Of a stretch of DNA of 64,000 nt, positions 21,191 through 31,058 are shown one piece after another (position 1 is the first letter of the stretch; every line of letters begins with the position of its first letter). Made by a program: the position numbers and the translations under genes. The stretch comes from Mantamonas sphyraenae STR306 (lineage: Eukaryota; Protista; CRuMs): the NCBI GenBank assembly GCA_026936335.1, contig JAPMXV010000050.1, positions 210,102-274,101 on the forward strand, written 5' to 3'. The notes under the pieces are model-generated. The model did no database searches. It was not told the DNA's origin and saw nothing but the letters and a program-made list of their open reading frames with translations.

Positions 21191-23811
21191 TCATCCGCTG
21201 CTCTGGCCGTTGCCCTCAGTGTCAAAGGCGCTCCAGCGACACTCGGGACAGATGGACTTGCGCTGGAGCCACTCGTCAATGCACTTTGCGTGGAAGGAGT
21301 GAAAACAGGGCAGTGTGCGCAGGACGTCGCCGTCCTCGTAGGGCTCGAGGCAGATGAGGCAGTTGTCTTCGCTCTCGCCGCTGGCAATGCTGTCTGCGTC
21401 GTCAAAGGCCAGCTTCTTTGCGTTGGAGGAAGAGCTGCCGCCGCCCTGGGCTGTGTCTTGATGCAAGAGCAGAGAGGAGGTTTCCTTGGTGTCGAGGTCA
21501 AGGTCCAGGTCCTCGTAGGATTCGTTGTCGTCGTCGAGGCGGTGCATCTCGATGGTTTGCTGGTGTGCAGCGTGTGCATGGGACGTAGCCTTGTAGACGC
21601 GTGTGGGCAGCCTGTCGATGGCTCGTCGAGAGGCACCCTGGCGCATGGCGCGGCGTGCACGACGCAGTTGCTCTCGTTGGAACTGGGCAACATACTGCTG
21701 GTGCTGCTCGGGGTTGTCCAACACCACAACGCTTACCTCGTAGCCGTTCATGGACGGGACGAGGACGTTGATGGTGGCTGGGCCTCGGCGTGGCGGGTCG
21801 TCGTCGTTGATGATGCCCTGGCGGCGTCTGCGCTGGCGTTCTTCCATGCGACGTGCTTCGGCTTCGTGCATGAGCTGCTGTTGACGACGGTAGTGGCACT
21901 GGCGCACGAGGGAGGTTGTGAGCAGCCCTGCACTGAGAGTGAGGAGGAGAACAAAACGAAAGAACATTTCGTTGCGTTCGTCGTCGTTGTTGTTGGCCTT
22001 TCCGGTGGGCATGCTGTCCGGAGAGGCACAGGAGTGTGGATAATAAAGAAAGTAGGCACCACGGAGGTGGATATTGCGTGCGGCGGTGCTGAGCGTGGGG
22101 GGCATGACGTGAAAGGTGCGTCCACAGTCCAGACATTCACCGAGCCACTCGGGACCACGCGGTACAAACACATCCAAGTGCACAGCAGCCTTGCTGAGCC
22201 AAGCGGGAGTGCCGTTGACGGGCAGGGCCAGGACGAGGCGTGCGTCGACAAAGATGCGCAGTTGCGACGCAGACCATTGGATGGCATAGTCGTGCATCTT
22301 GCCGGCGAGATCGCCATTGAAACGGACGATGCTTGTGGCCATGGGTTGTCCAGGCACCTGGTACTGCACCATCAGCCAGTACTCGAGACCGAGGGCGTTC
22401 CAATCAACATCGACAGCCTCTTGACGGGCGTCGGAAAAGATCATGAGGGAAATGGAGCCGTGGGCGTCGAGCGGGTCTTCAGACGTGTTGTGTGAAGTGA
22501 GGGAGATGCGCGAGACGACGCCTGGGGCTTCATCGGGCACCTGGAGGGCCATCTCGACTGTACCCTGGTCAAAGAGGGTCTTTGAGGAGATGCGAGCTGC
22601 GGTGTAGGTGGAATTTTGTGCGGGTGTGTCGCGTGTGGCGACAAGGACCAGCTGCGATGTTTTGCTGCTGTAGAGCACCTGGTTTGGGTCGTAGGAGGAG
22701 TGTGCTTGTCGGGCCGTGGTTTCGCCGCAGAGGACGGGCATGGACGCCGGTCCTGTGGCGAGGGTCCATCGGTGGTGGTCCGAATTGGCCAGTGCGATGC
22801 CAAAGGTGGGTCTGCAGCGACGTTGGGCTTCGACAGCGGCGGAGACGTCGCTGTACATAAACTGGGAAACGGCAACGTTGACGCGGGAGGTGTTTGCGGG
22901 CATATACGCGACAATGGCAGGGTTGCTGGCCCAGAGAACAAGGTCCCAGGAGACGGGCACCTGTGTGGATGGGGATGGGGAGGGGAGGGGGAAAGTGTGT
23001 GTGTGAGGCGGGGGCAAAAAGGAGTGGCTGGGACGAGTTTCGGGGCCATTTCGGGGAAGCGTACCTGAGGAATAGGCAGCCCTGCAAAGACATTGGAAGG
23101 GTCAGGGGAGCCGTCGGAGGGGGATGGAGTGGAAGAGGAGACGCTGTGGACGAGCTTGGAGTCGATGTACCACTGGACGGAGGTTGCGTCGCGTGTGAGG
23201 GCGATGCTGTGCTGCTTCTCGCACAGATCGACGTTTGCGTCGAGGACAAAGGAGCGAGAGCCCATGCGGAGTCGTACACGGGAACAGACCTTGGAGGCCG
23301 GGTAGGTGTCTGGGTTGGGCCCAAGGATGTCGATGGAAAACACGGGGCTGCCGCGGTGGCGGGCCTGCAAGGAGACGACGGTGTGAGGAAGAGGAACGCC
23401 TTGGAGGAGCGACTCGACCAGGCCAAACGAGGTGTTGACGACTGAGCGGTACATGGAGGAAGTCCAGCGGCGAGTGACGTTGCCTTGTGAATCGGAGAGA
23501 TTGCTGTACTGCATGCTGAGAGTCATCTGGTGTTGGTAGGGAGTGCCGAGACACACAAGCCGGGGATCAAAGGCGTCGACGATGCCGTACGCAGACACAT
23601 TGTCCTGGCGCACCTTGAGGAAGGTGGCTGGACTGGGTGCGTCCATGGGCTCAAGGAGAGAGACAGCCGCAAACGGGCTGGTCTGCTCGACGTCGACCGT
23701 GAGAGAGGCGGCGCGGACCGGAAGTTGCGGGGCAGCGACAAAGGCGAGGATGAACAGGGCGGCGAGCGGCAAGCCGCAGCGAGCACGCTGCAGTTGAGCC
23801 TCCCAGTGCAT
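21191..23811 (-). CDS. Type I membrane RING-H2 E3 ligase with tandem GH16/ConA-like ectodomains; 2 exons (23811-23065, 22960-21191)
   Basis: Signal peptide; two GH16-like units ([21 protein letters not shown]; [21 protein letters not shown]); [22 protein letters not shown]; RING-H2 [27 protein letters not shown]. Confidence 0.8.
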
Positions 23812-23897
23812 TCGGTGTGTGTGTGTTGGGTGTGGAGGACGAGTGTGGAGATTGGTGTTGCGCGGATGGGGCAAAGGCAAGCACGGACCACACGCGG

Positions 23898-24884
23898 ATG
23901 GGTCGGAAGAAGAAGGCGCTGCTGCCGGACTACTATGGCAACGACAGCAACGAAGACATCCTGGGCCTGGAATGGGAGCACAGGAAGAAGGAGGACAGGC
24001 GGCAGGGCAAGGTGTTTGACCTGGCGCCGGGAGAGGTGGAGCGAAGCAGCAATCGAGGCAAAAGCAAGGCACGGCTGAAGCGCGAGGCAAACAAGGAAGC
24101 GGCAGCACTGGCAAAGAGGAAGCGGCAGCAGGAAAAGCGAGCTCGCAAGCGGGAGCGAGAGGCGGCAGGTCTTGAGGAGGAGTCGGAAACGGACGGGAAG
24201 CGAGCACGAGCGGGGGTGGCGAACGAGGGCGGCGGAAGCAGCAGCAAGAAGAAGAAGAAGAACAAGAGGAAGAAGGAGTCGCGAGAGATTAAGCCAGTGA
24301 AGCTGCTGGACGCGGGCAAAGAGGTTGTTTTTGAACCACGGCGGGAGGGGGAGTCGCTAAAGGCGTTTCGCATTCGCATCAACCAGGCGACGAGCGAGCG
24401 GCTGGCAGCCATCGAGCGGAGGCAGAACGGAGTGAGCGAGAAGCGCAAGGCGTTTCTGAAGGGACGCAAGGAGAAGGAAAAGGCACGAAAGGCAGGGGTG
24501 GTGGAGGTGGACAAGGAAGAGCTGGAGTACGACGAGCACGGGAACTTGGACATGCGGAACAAGCGTGTGGTGGAACGGGAGCTGGATGATGAGTTTGGCC
24601 ATGCGGAAAAGGTGGAGTATGGTGACGTGGTGGATGCACCGCCGAAACTGCGTGTGCGGCCGCGGCTGAAGAAGACGACGCAGATGCTGGTGGATGCCAA
24701 GAAGAAGATGGAGGCAGCGGCAGCGGCGGCGGCAGGCAAGCAGGAAAAGAAGAAGAAGGCACAGCTGCGTGACCAGGCGTATGCGGCGCTGCGTGAGCAG
24801 GTGAAGCAAGCGTACAAGGAGCAAAAGGTGCGTGCGCGTAGCGAGCGCGGCGAGGGTGGAGAAGGAGCGGCAAGCTACTTGTGA
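23898..24884 (+). CDS. CCDC137-like nucleolar coiled-coil protein
   Basis: Basic coiled coil with RREGESLKAFRIRI, EKVEYGDVVDAPPKL and REQVKQAYK motifs. Confidence 0.65.
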   Translation: MGRKKKALLPDYYGNDSNEDILGLEWEHRKKEDRRQGKVFDLAPGEVERSSNRGKSKARLKREANKEAAALAKRKRQQEKRARKREREAAGLEEESETDGKRARAGVANEGGGSSSKKKKKNKRKKESREIKPVKLLDAGKEVVFEPRREGESLKAFRIRINQATSERLAAIERRQNGVSEKRKAFLKGRKEKEKARKAGVVEVDKEELEYDEHGNLDMRNKRVVERELDDEFGHAEKVEYGDVVDAPPKLRVRPRLKKTTQMLVDAKKKMEAAAAAAAGKQEKKKKAQLRDQAYAALREQVKQAYKEQKVRARSERGEGGEGAASYL

Positions 24885-24908
24885 GTGGGGTTGCACTCCT
24901 TTATTTTT

Positions 24909-27401
24909 CTACTCTTGTTTGTCGTCTGTGGAAACGGGCGGAAGGCCACGAAAGAGGGTGCGGGCGGGGTCGGGGTGGAGGAGATTGGCGAGGACGAGGA
25001 CGTTTGTGGCGTAGTAGACAGCGGTGGCAAGGAGCTCCCATCGGAGGGGGCCGCCACGGAAAAGGTACTCGTGGGTGAGCCAGAGGAGGGCAGAGAGGGA
25101 CACGGGGGTGCCCGAAGTGTACAGGAGAGCGGGAAAGGCGTAGAAGTACCAGCACATAAACGGAGTGTACAGGCCGCGTGCAAGGGTGACAAAGATGTGG
25201 TTGGTGGCAAAGAGAGAGACGGCAAAGAGGCGCTGGTGGTGGGAGAGGGTGTGTGCGCGTGTGTGGTGTGCGCGGAGGCGGAGGAAGAAGAGGGCAAGGA
25301 GGATGAGAATGGTGACGAGGGTGGCGCGGTGGAAGAGCGGGCTGTCGTAGATGTGGCGACCAACAAACTTGAAGTTGCGTGTCTTTTCCCAGAGGAGGGT
25401 GCGTGAGAGATCAAAGGCGGTGGCAATGTAGGCGTGTGCGTTTGCGCGGAGGAAGGGGTAGCCGACGATGAGCTGCGTTGCCAACATGTAGACACCCTGC
25501 ATGATGGTGGAGGTGAGCCCCAGGTGGGAGAGGTAGAGGTAGAGCATGGCTGGGCCGTAGAATACAAAGTTGAGCTTTGTGGAGAGGACAAAGGAGTAGA
25601 GGACGGAGGCGGCGGTCCAGCGACGACGGAGGAGGAGGGCGATGACAAGGTACATGAGAAGGACGGAGGGCATGTCGTTGATGACAACGCGGACGTTGTA
25701 GAGGTGGAGGCGATTGGAGAGGAACGGGAGAAGGGCAAGGAGGGGCGGGATGCGGAGATGGTCGCGGGTGAGACGGTAGGTGAGCTGGAGGAGGGCAGCC
25801 TCGAGAAGGGCCCAGAAGAGCTGAAAGGCGAGGAGGGAGCCGCTGGTGAGGCGGACGAGGAAGAGGTAGAGCCAAACAAAGCCTGCCGGGTAGGTGTTTG
25901 GGCCATGGTAGTGCATAAAGGCGGCATAGTTGCGTGTCTGTTCGTGGTCAAAGTGACGTATGTGGTGGAGGTGTGCGGGCCAGTCGTTGACAAAGGCAGG
26001 CTGTGCGAGAGCCTCAAAGATGGAAAAGGCGAGGAGGCCAGCGGTGAGGAGGGAGGCAATGTGGTCTGCGTAGCGTGTTGGAGTGGCAAGGCGGGGCGCA
26101 ATGGCTGTGTCGATGGCATGAAAGACGGGCTGGATGGAAAAGAGGAGGATGAGGGTGACAGCGACGAGGAGGTAGGTCTGGGGCTGTTTGAAGAGACCGC
26201 GATCCTGGAGCTTGGAGTCGAGCGGGGCGGGTGGGAGATAGAAGGAGGAGATGCGTGCGACAGATTGGCAGTTGGGAACCTGCGGGGCAGCAGAGCGAAA
26301 GACGAGGAGGCCTGCATCTGTGGCAAGGAGGAGAAAGTCGTGTCGGAAGCGATGGAAAGCCAGGGCATTGATGGAACGGTTGAGACGCAGGTGTTGGATG
26401 GGAGTGTAGGATTCGTTGTGAGGGGTCCAGCCATAGAGAGAGATGGCGCCTGAGGAAGCATGTGCTGTGGCAATGAGGCGACCGTCGGCAGAGGCAGCGA
26501 GGAGGTCTATGGGGGCATGGGGCGTGAGGAGCTGGATGCGCTCTGTGAGGGAGTCGTAGACAGAGACCGAGTGCGGGGACTCGATGCGAAGCATGGCCGA
26601 GTGGACACGATGAGAAGGGCAGAGGGCACGGTCAAACTGGAGGGTGTTTGGAGCGTGTTGCGGGGCGAGTGGTCGTGGTGGATGGTGGGGCTGGTCGAGG
26701 TCGAGGGCGTGCCAGGTGGACTGGTTACGCATGTAGAGGAGGTGATCGTAGTGTGAAAGGCGCATGTGATGTGCGTGGATGAGGCGAGAGGCGTTGTGTG
26801 GGCGCTGATGCATCTGCGGGTGGTTGCGGTCGAGGAAGCGAGGGCCGGAGGGGCGGAGGAGGTGTTGAGGGAGCGGGTCAAAGGACCAGACGTTTTGGTA
26901 GTCGTCCTGGGGAAAGATGACTTGGGCGTGGTTGAGGACGGGAGGGTTTGTGCGGCCGTCGACGAGGCGTGCGGCAGGAAGGACGAGGAGGATGGAGTGG
27001 TCGAGGAGGACGTGGAGGTAGGTTTGGTTTGCAGAGAAGGCACAGTGTGTGATGGAATGGGTGTGGAAGCGGTGGGGAAGGCGGAGCTTGGCGTAGTACA
27101 AGTAGGGCCAGTGGGTTGATGCGTAGAGGGACGGGTACATGAGGACGCGGTAGACATTGATGGAGTTGTCTGCAAGGCAGGCGGCAATGTGCTCCTGGGA
27201 GTGGGAGATTGCAAGGGCACGCACGGGAGCGGAGCGCTCTGTGTGTGTGTCGAGGCCTGGGGCAGAGCGGCCTCGGAGGAGCTGGAAGTGGGCGTAGGAT
27301 GGGGCCGGGTGGGTGTCGATGGGAGCAGGCACGGGCACAAGGAGGTGCATGAAGAGAGGGAGGGCGAGGAGGGAGACAAGGAGGAGGTGGGACGTTTGCA
27401 T
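24909..27401 (-). CDS. ALG3-like (GT58) Dol-P-Man mannosyltransferase with N-terminal luminal WD40-like domain
   Basis: C-terminal multi-TM half with NDW, GPNTYPAGFVWLY, LSNRLH...IND, STKLN, AFDLSR, RGLY..WYF; N-terminal signal peptide and beta-propeller-like strands. Confidence 0.75.
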   Translation of the reverse strand: MQTSHLLLVSLLALPLFMHLLVPVPAPIDTHPAPSYAHFQLLRGRSAPGLDTHTERSAPVRALAISHSQEHIAACLADNSINVYRVLMYPSLYASTHWPYLYYAKLRLPHRFHTHSITHCAFSANQTYLHVLLDHSILLVLPAARLVDGRTNPPVLNHAQVIFPQDDYQNVWSFDPLPQHLLRPSGPRFLDRNHPQMHQRPHNASRLIHAHHMRLSHYDHLLYMRNQSTWHALDLDQPHHPPRPLAPQHAPNTLQFDRALCPSHRVHSAMLRIESPHSVSVYDSLTERIQLLTPHAPIDLLAASADGRLIATAHASSGAISLYGWTPHNESYTPIQHLRLNRSINALAFHRFRHDFLLLATDAGLLVFRSAAPQVPNCQSVARISSFYLPPAPLDSKLQDRGLFKQPQTYLLVAVTLILLFSIQPVFHAIDTAIAPRLATPTRYADHIASLLTAGLLAFSIFEALAQPAFVNDWPAHLHHIRHFDHEQTRNYAAFMHYHGPNTYPAGFVWLYLFLVRLTSGSLLAFQLFWALLEAALLQLTYRLTRDHLRIPPLLALLPFLSNRLHLYNVRVVINDMPSVLLMYLVIALLLRRRWTAASVLYSFVLSTKLNFVFYGPAMLYLYLSHLGLTSTIMQGVYMLATQLIVGYPFLRANAHAYIATAFDLSRTLLWEKTRNFKFVGRHIYDSPLFHRATLVTILILLALFFLRLRAHHTRAHTLSHHQRLFAVSLFATNHIFVTLARGLYTPFMCWYFYAFPALLYTSGTPVSLSALLWLTHEYLFRGGPLRWELLATAVYYATNVLVLANLLHPDPARTLFRGLPPVSTDDKQE

Positions 27402-27406
27402 TGACC

Positions 27407-29507
27407 TCAGAAGGAGACGATGGTGTTGTCGATGGGTTGGCGGCACTGGGGACATGAAACGAGGGAGGAGGCGCAGCGTTGGCAGATGGTGTGGCGGCAG
27501 GGTTGGAGGAGAGTGTCGATCTTGTTGTCAAGGCAGACGGGGCAAAGGACCTCGTCGAGGGAGGCGTTGAGTGTTTCGATGAGTTTGTCCTTGGCTTTGG
27601 AGACGGCCATGAGGCCAGCGAGGTGTGTGTTTTCGAGGGATTTGAGCTCTTTGAGGGAGAGGGTGTGGAGATCTGTGGGGTTTTGGAGGTTGGACAGGGT
27701 GGTGCGGAGGGCTTGGTTTTCCTCGCTGAGGGTTTTGAGAGAGGTTGTGAATGGGGAGGGAGAGGAGGTTGTTGTGGTTGTGGTGGATGCTTGGAGCTGT
27801 GCGTCGAGGAGCTGTTGTTTGAGGGTGTCGATTTGGGAATGGAGCTCTGCGATGAGGGCGGATTGGTCGAGGGTGGGTTCGGGGATGGAGGAGGAAGAGG
27901 AGGAGGTAGAGGAGGAGCTGGTGGTGCTGCGCAGGAGGCGGTCAAGGTCTGCCTGGGCCTGGTTGGCTTCGGTGAGCTGTTTGGAGAGGGATTGTTTGTC
28001 GTGAAGGAGATCGGAGGCAGTGGCAAGGAGGCAGAGATGTGTGCGCTCGTCACGGCCAAGGTTCTCGGAGAAGGAGGACATGGTGAGGGCAAGGTGGCGG
28101 ATGATGGTGTCTGCGGTGAGGACCTCGCTGCAGTGGCAGTGGCTGCGGTTTGCAGAAAGGCAGGTGTCGTGGAGGAGCGCATTGTGGACCCAGTTGTTGT
28201 CGAGGAGGTGGATGGAGAGGCAAAGGGAGGCGGGGGACGGGCCAGAGTCGATGTGGAGGTGCTCAGAGGCGAATTGGACAAGGGAGAGGGAGTCGAGCTT
28301 GAGGTCTGGGAGGTGGGTTTGGGTGATGGACAGAGCGGCGGCGAGGCGCGAGACCTGGGTGTTGGAGAGGTCTGCAATGTCGATATGGCGGAGGACTAGG
28401 TCGACGCTGGCTGTGGTTTGCTTGGTGGCGTTGAAATGGGCTGTGATGAGGGAGGCCAGGGTCTCGGAGACCGGAACCGGCTCGAAGCCAAGGGTGGTGA
28501 GCTCGGCGAGCTCTGTGGTGGAGGCGTTGTGGACAGGAAAGGCAGAGGGGCCGTTTTGGTCTATGAAATTGGTGGCCAGGAGGGAGAGGGTGCTGTCTGA
28601 GAGGTGCCATCGGGCCTGGGCGACGTCTGCGGTGACGCGGCCCTGATTGAGGAGGTCAGCATACCGAGGCAGGAGGTTTGGGTGTGTGCGTACGGCCTCG
28701 GCCCAAGCGGCAGAGACGGCGGTGGCGAGGTCGCCGGCCTTGACGATGGCGCGGCGGTCGCGATCAATGTCGAGGGTGGGGAGATCGACGCCCGTGGCGA
28801 GGTCGTCGACGTCGGCGACAAAGAACTGCTTGACGTAGAGCTTGCCCGCGTATGAGTCGCCGAGAAGGAGGGTGCCGTGGGAAGTGCGCACGCACTCGTC
28901 GGGGGGCGTGAGGAAGAGGAAGTTGGGTGCGAGTTTGGCCCAATCGAGGTCTGGAAGCTGGATGACGGTGCGTGTGTCGTCGGGATTGAGGGAGGTTGTG
29001 TCCAGTGGGCTGATTTCGATGGAGAGGACGCGCTCGCCGCCAAACTCGTCGTCGGCAAGGAGGCAGAAGGTCCACAGCTCGCGGTTGGTTTCCATTGGAG
29101 ATGCGGGCGCCGTTGCGGATGAGGGCGAGGGCTCCGACCTTGAAACCCTCGCCAAACTGGCCGACACTTTTTGCGTCGTTGCGCTTGGAGGAGGCGCCGA
29201 TGAGGAGGACCTTGCGGGCGAGGGAGACGTGGTGGTTGAGGAGAGTGATGGAGAATTCCCCGTGGTCGACGGAAATGGAACCGAGCGGAGTGCGGGAGGT
29301 GGACACGTTGACGTCGCGGTAGGCGGTGTAAGTGTGGTTGTTGAAGGCCTGTTGTGTGTCGATGGCCACGCCGGTGGAGTCTGCGGCGTCGTTTACGCCG
29401 TCCCACCAATTCTGCACAAACTCTCTCAGGCCGTCCTGTGGAGTCCAGAAGGGGGCGTAGTCTGCGGTGAGGCTGAGTTTGATGGTGGAGGGTGACGGAG
29501 TGGACAT
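27407..29507 (-). CDS. GHKL-fold (MPN635-like) ATPase fused to coiled coil and C3HC4 RING; apparent 1-nt frameshift near 29095
   Basis: LREFVQNWWDG, LLIGASSKR and VGQFGEGFKVGALAL; C-terminal CPVCLD..LQPCRHTICQRC..CPQCR; removing one A in 'tccAatg' fuses the two ORFs. Confidence 0.7.
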
Positions 29508-29560
29508 GGAGTCTGATGTGCAATGCGAAATGGGTTTTGATTGAGTTGTGCCGTGCACGC

Positions 29561-30978
29561 TCACGCCGACTCGATGGTGGAGCCAGAGTTTGCTGGGAGG
29601 CCGAGGCCAAAGGGATCCTCCTGTTCGTGGAGACCAGCCTCGGTGTGGAATTTGTCGATGTGGTCGCTGACGGCAACGCTGAGGGATTCGTCGTGGCGTT
29701 GGACGTCGACGTCGTGGACGTGACTGACCTCGAGAGCAAGGAAGCGGGAGGAGGAGGAGGAGCGGCGGGTGAGGGAAGGGCGAGGGCGCTGTTTGGGCTG
29801 GGCCTTTTCTGTGGAAGAGGCAGAGGCAGAGGCAGAGGCAGAGGCAGCGGGGGCCTGTGTAGGCTCCTGGGCGTGTGTGCCGTCGTCCTGGGGCGAGTTG
29901 CCAAAGCCGAGGCCAAACACGTCTTCGTCGTGGTCCATGACGGGCTCCTTTTCGTGGTGGAGGAATCCAGTGAGCTGTGGCGAGATGGTAGAGTCTGCAT
30001 GGGGCGGGACGGCAGCGTCGAGGGCGTCGACATTGAGGTGGAGGAAGGAGGAGCGGCGTCTAAGTTGTTCTGCGGCGTCTTTGGTTTGGTCGTCGTCGCC
30101 GCGGAGGCCAAAGGGGTCCTCTTGCTGTTCATGGAGCTGCTGGTCGGCTTGGGCGAGCTTGGGAGCGGCGTTTGCTTTGACGGCGGCGACGTTGAGGTGG
30201 AGAAATGAAGTGCGGCGTGTGTTTTCGGGAGGAGGAGGATGGGTTGTGTGGTCATCGTCGTCACGGAGGCCAAAGGGGTCCTCCTGTTGTTCGTTGAGCT
30301 GTTGGTCGGCCTGGGCTTGCTGCGGGGTGGAGGCCGGGCCGAGGGCGGCGAGATCGAGGGTGAGAAACTGCTTCTTGCTGGGGAGGGTTGCTTCTGCGCC
30401 GTGGCCGAGGCCAAAGGGGTCTTCGTCGGCGTGCATGCGTGCCTCTGTGGGAGCCACGGCGATGCCCGTGTCGGCGAGGGTTTCTGTTTGCACGGTGAGA
30501 AAGCGAGGGGCCGTGCGTTTCCTGAGGCGCATCGGGGGAGCACTTTGGGGCGTTGTGGAAGAGGTGGACGAGGAGGAAGAGGACGAGGAGGAGGAGGAGG
30601 AGGCGAGGTCTGCGTCTTGGGCGAGAACAATGCCAAAGGGGTCGTCGTGTTCGTCGCTGGGCTGTGCGTGTGCAGGCTGGGTGGAGGGCGAGGGCACGTT
30701 GATGGAGAGGAAGCCCAGGGATTTCGACCGCGAGCGCTCTGGGGCTTGTTTTCACGCTGGGCTCGCCAGGCCTGGATGTTTTCTGTGGTAAAGACGTCGT
30801 GGTCGGTGGCAGAGTCGTCTCCAAAGCCAATCTGGAAGACGTCCTCGCTCTCGTGGAGCTCTGCGTCGTCGAGCGGTTTGCGCTGGGCGACAGGCGGGGC
30901 CTGTGTGTTGATGCTGAGCCTTGCGGCAAAGCCAGCCTTCTTTGAGGCGGCAGGAGAGGATGGGGTGTCTTCAGACAT
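29561..30978 (-). CDS. Disordered repeat protein with recurrent (E/D)DPFG(L/I) and basic-FLxLxV motifs; apparent frameshift near 30750
   Basis: About 7 alternating repeats; adding one A in the gtgAAAAcaag run joins the MSEDTPSS N-terminus to ORF 29561..30697. Confidence 0.6.
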
Positions 30979-31058
30979 GGCGGGGTTTGGTTTGGGTGGG
31001 GTTGGGCGGGGTCGGGAGAAGGCGAGGCACGCAGCCGGGGCAAAAGCAAAACGGTTCG

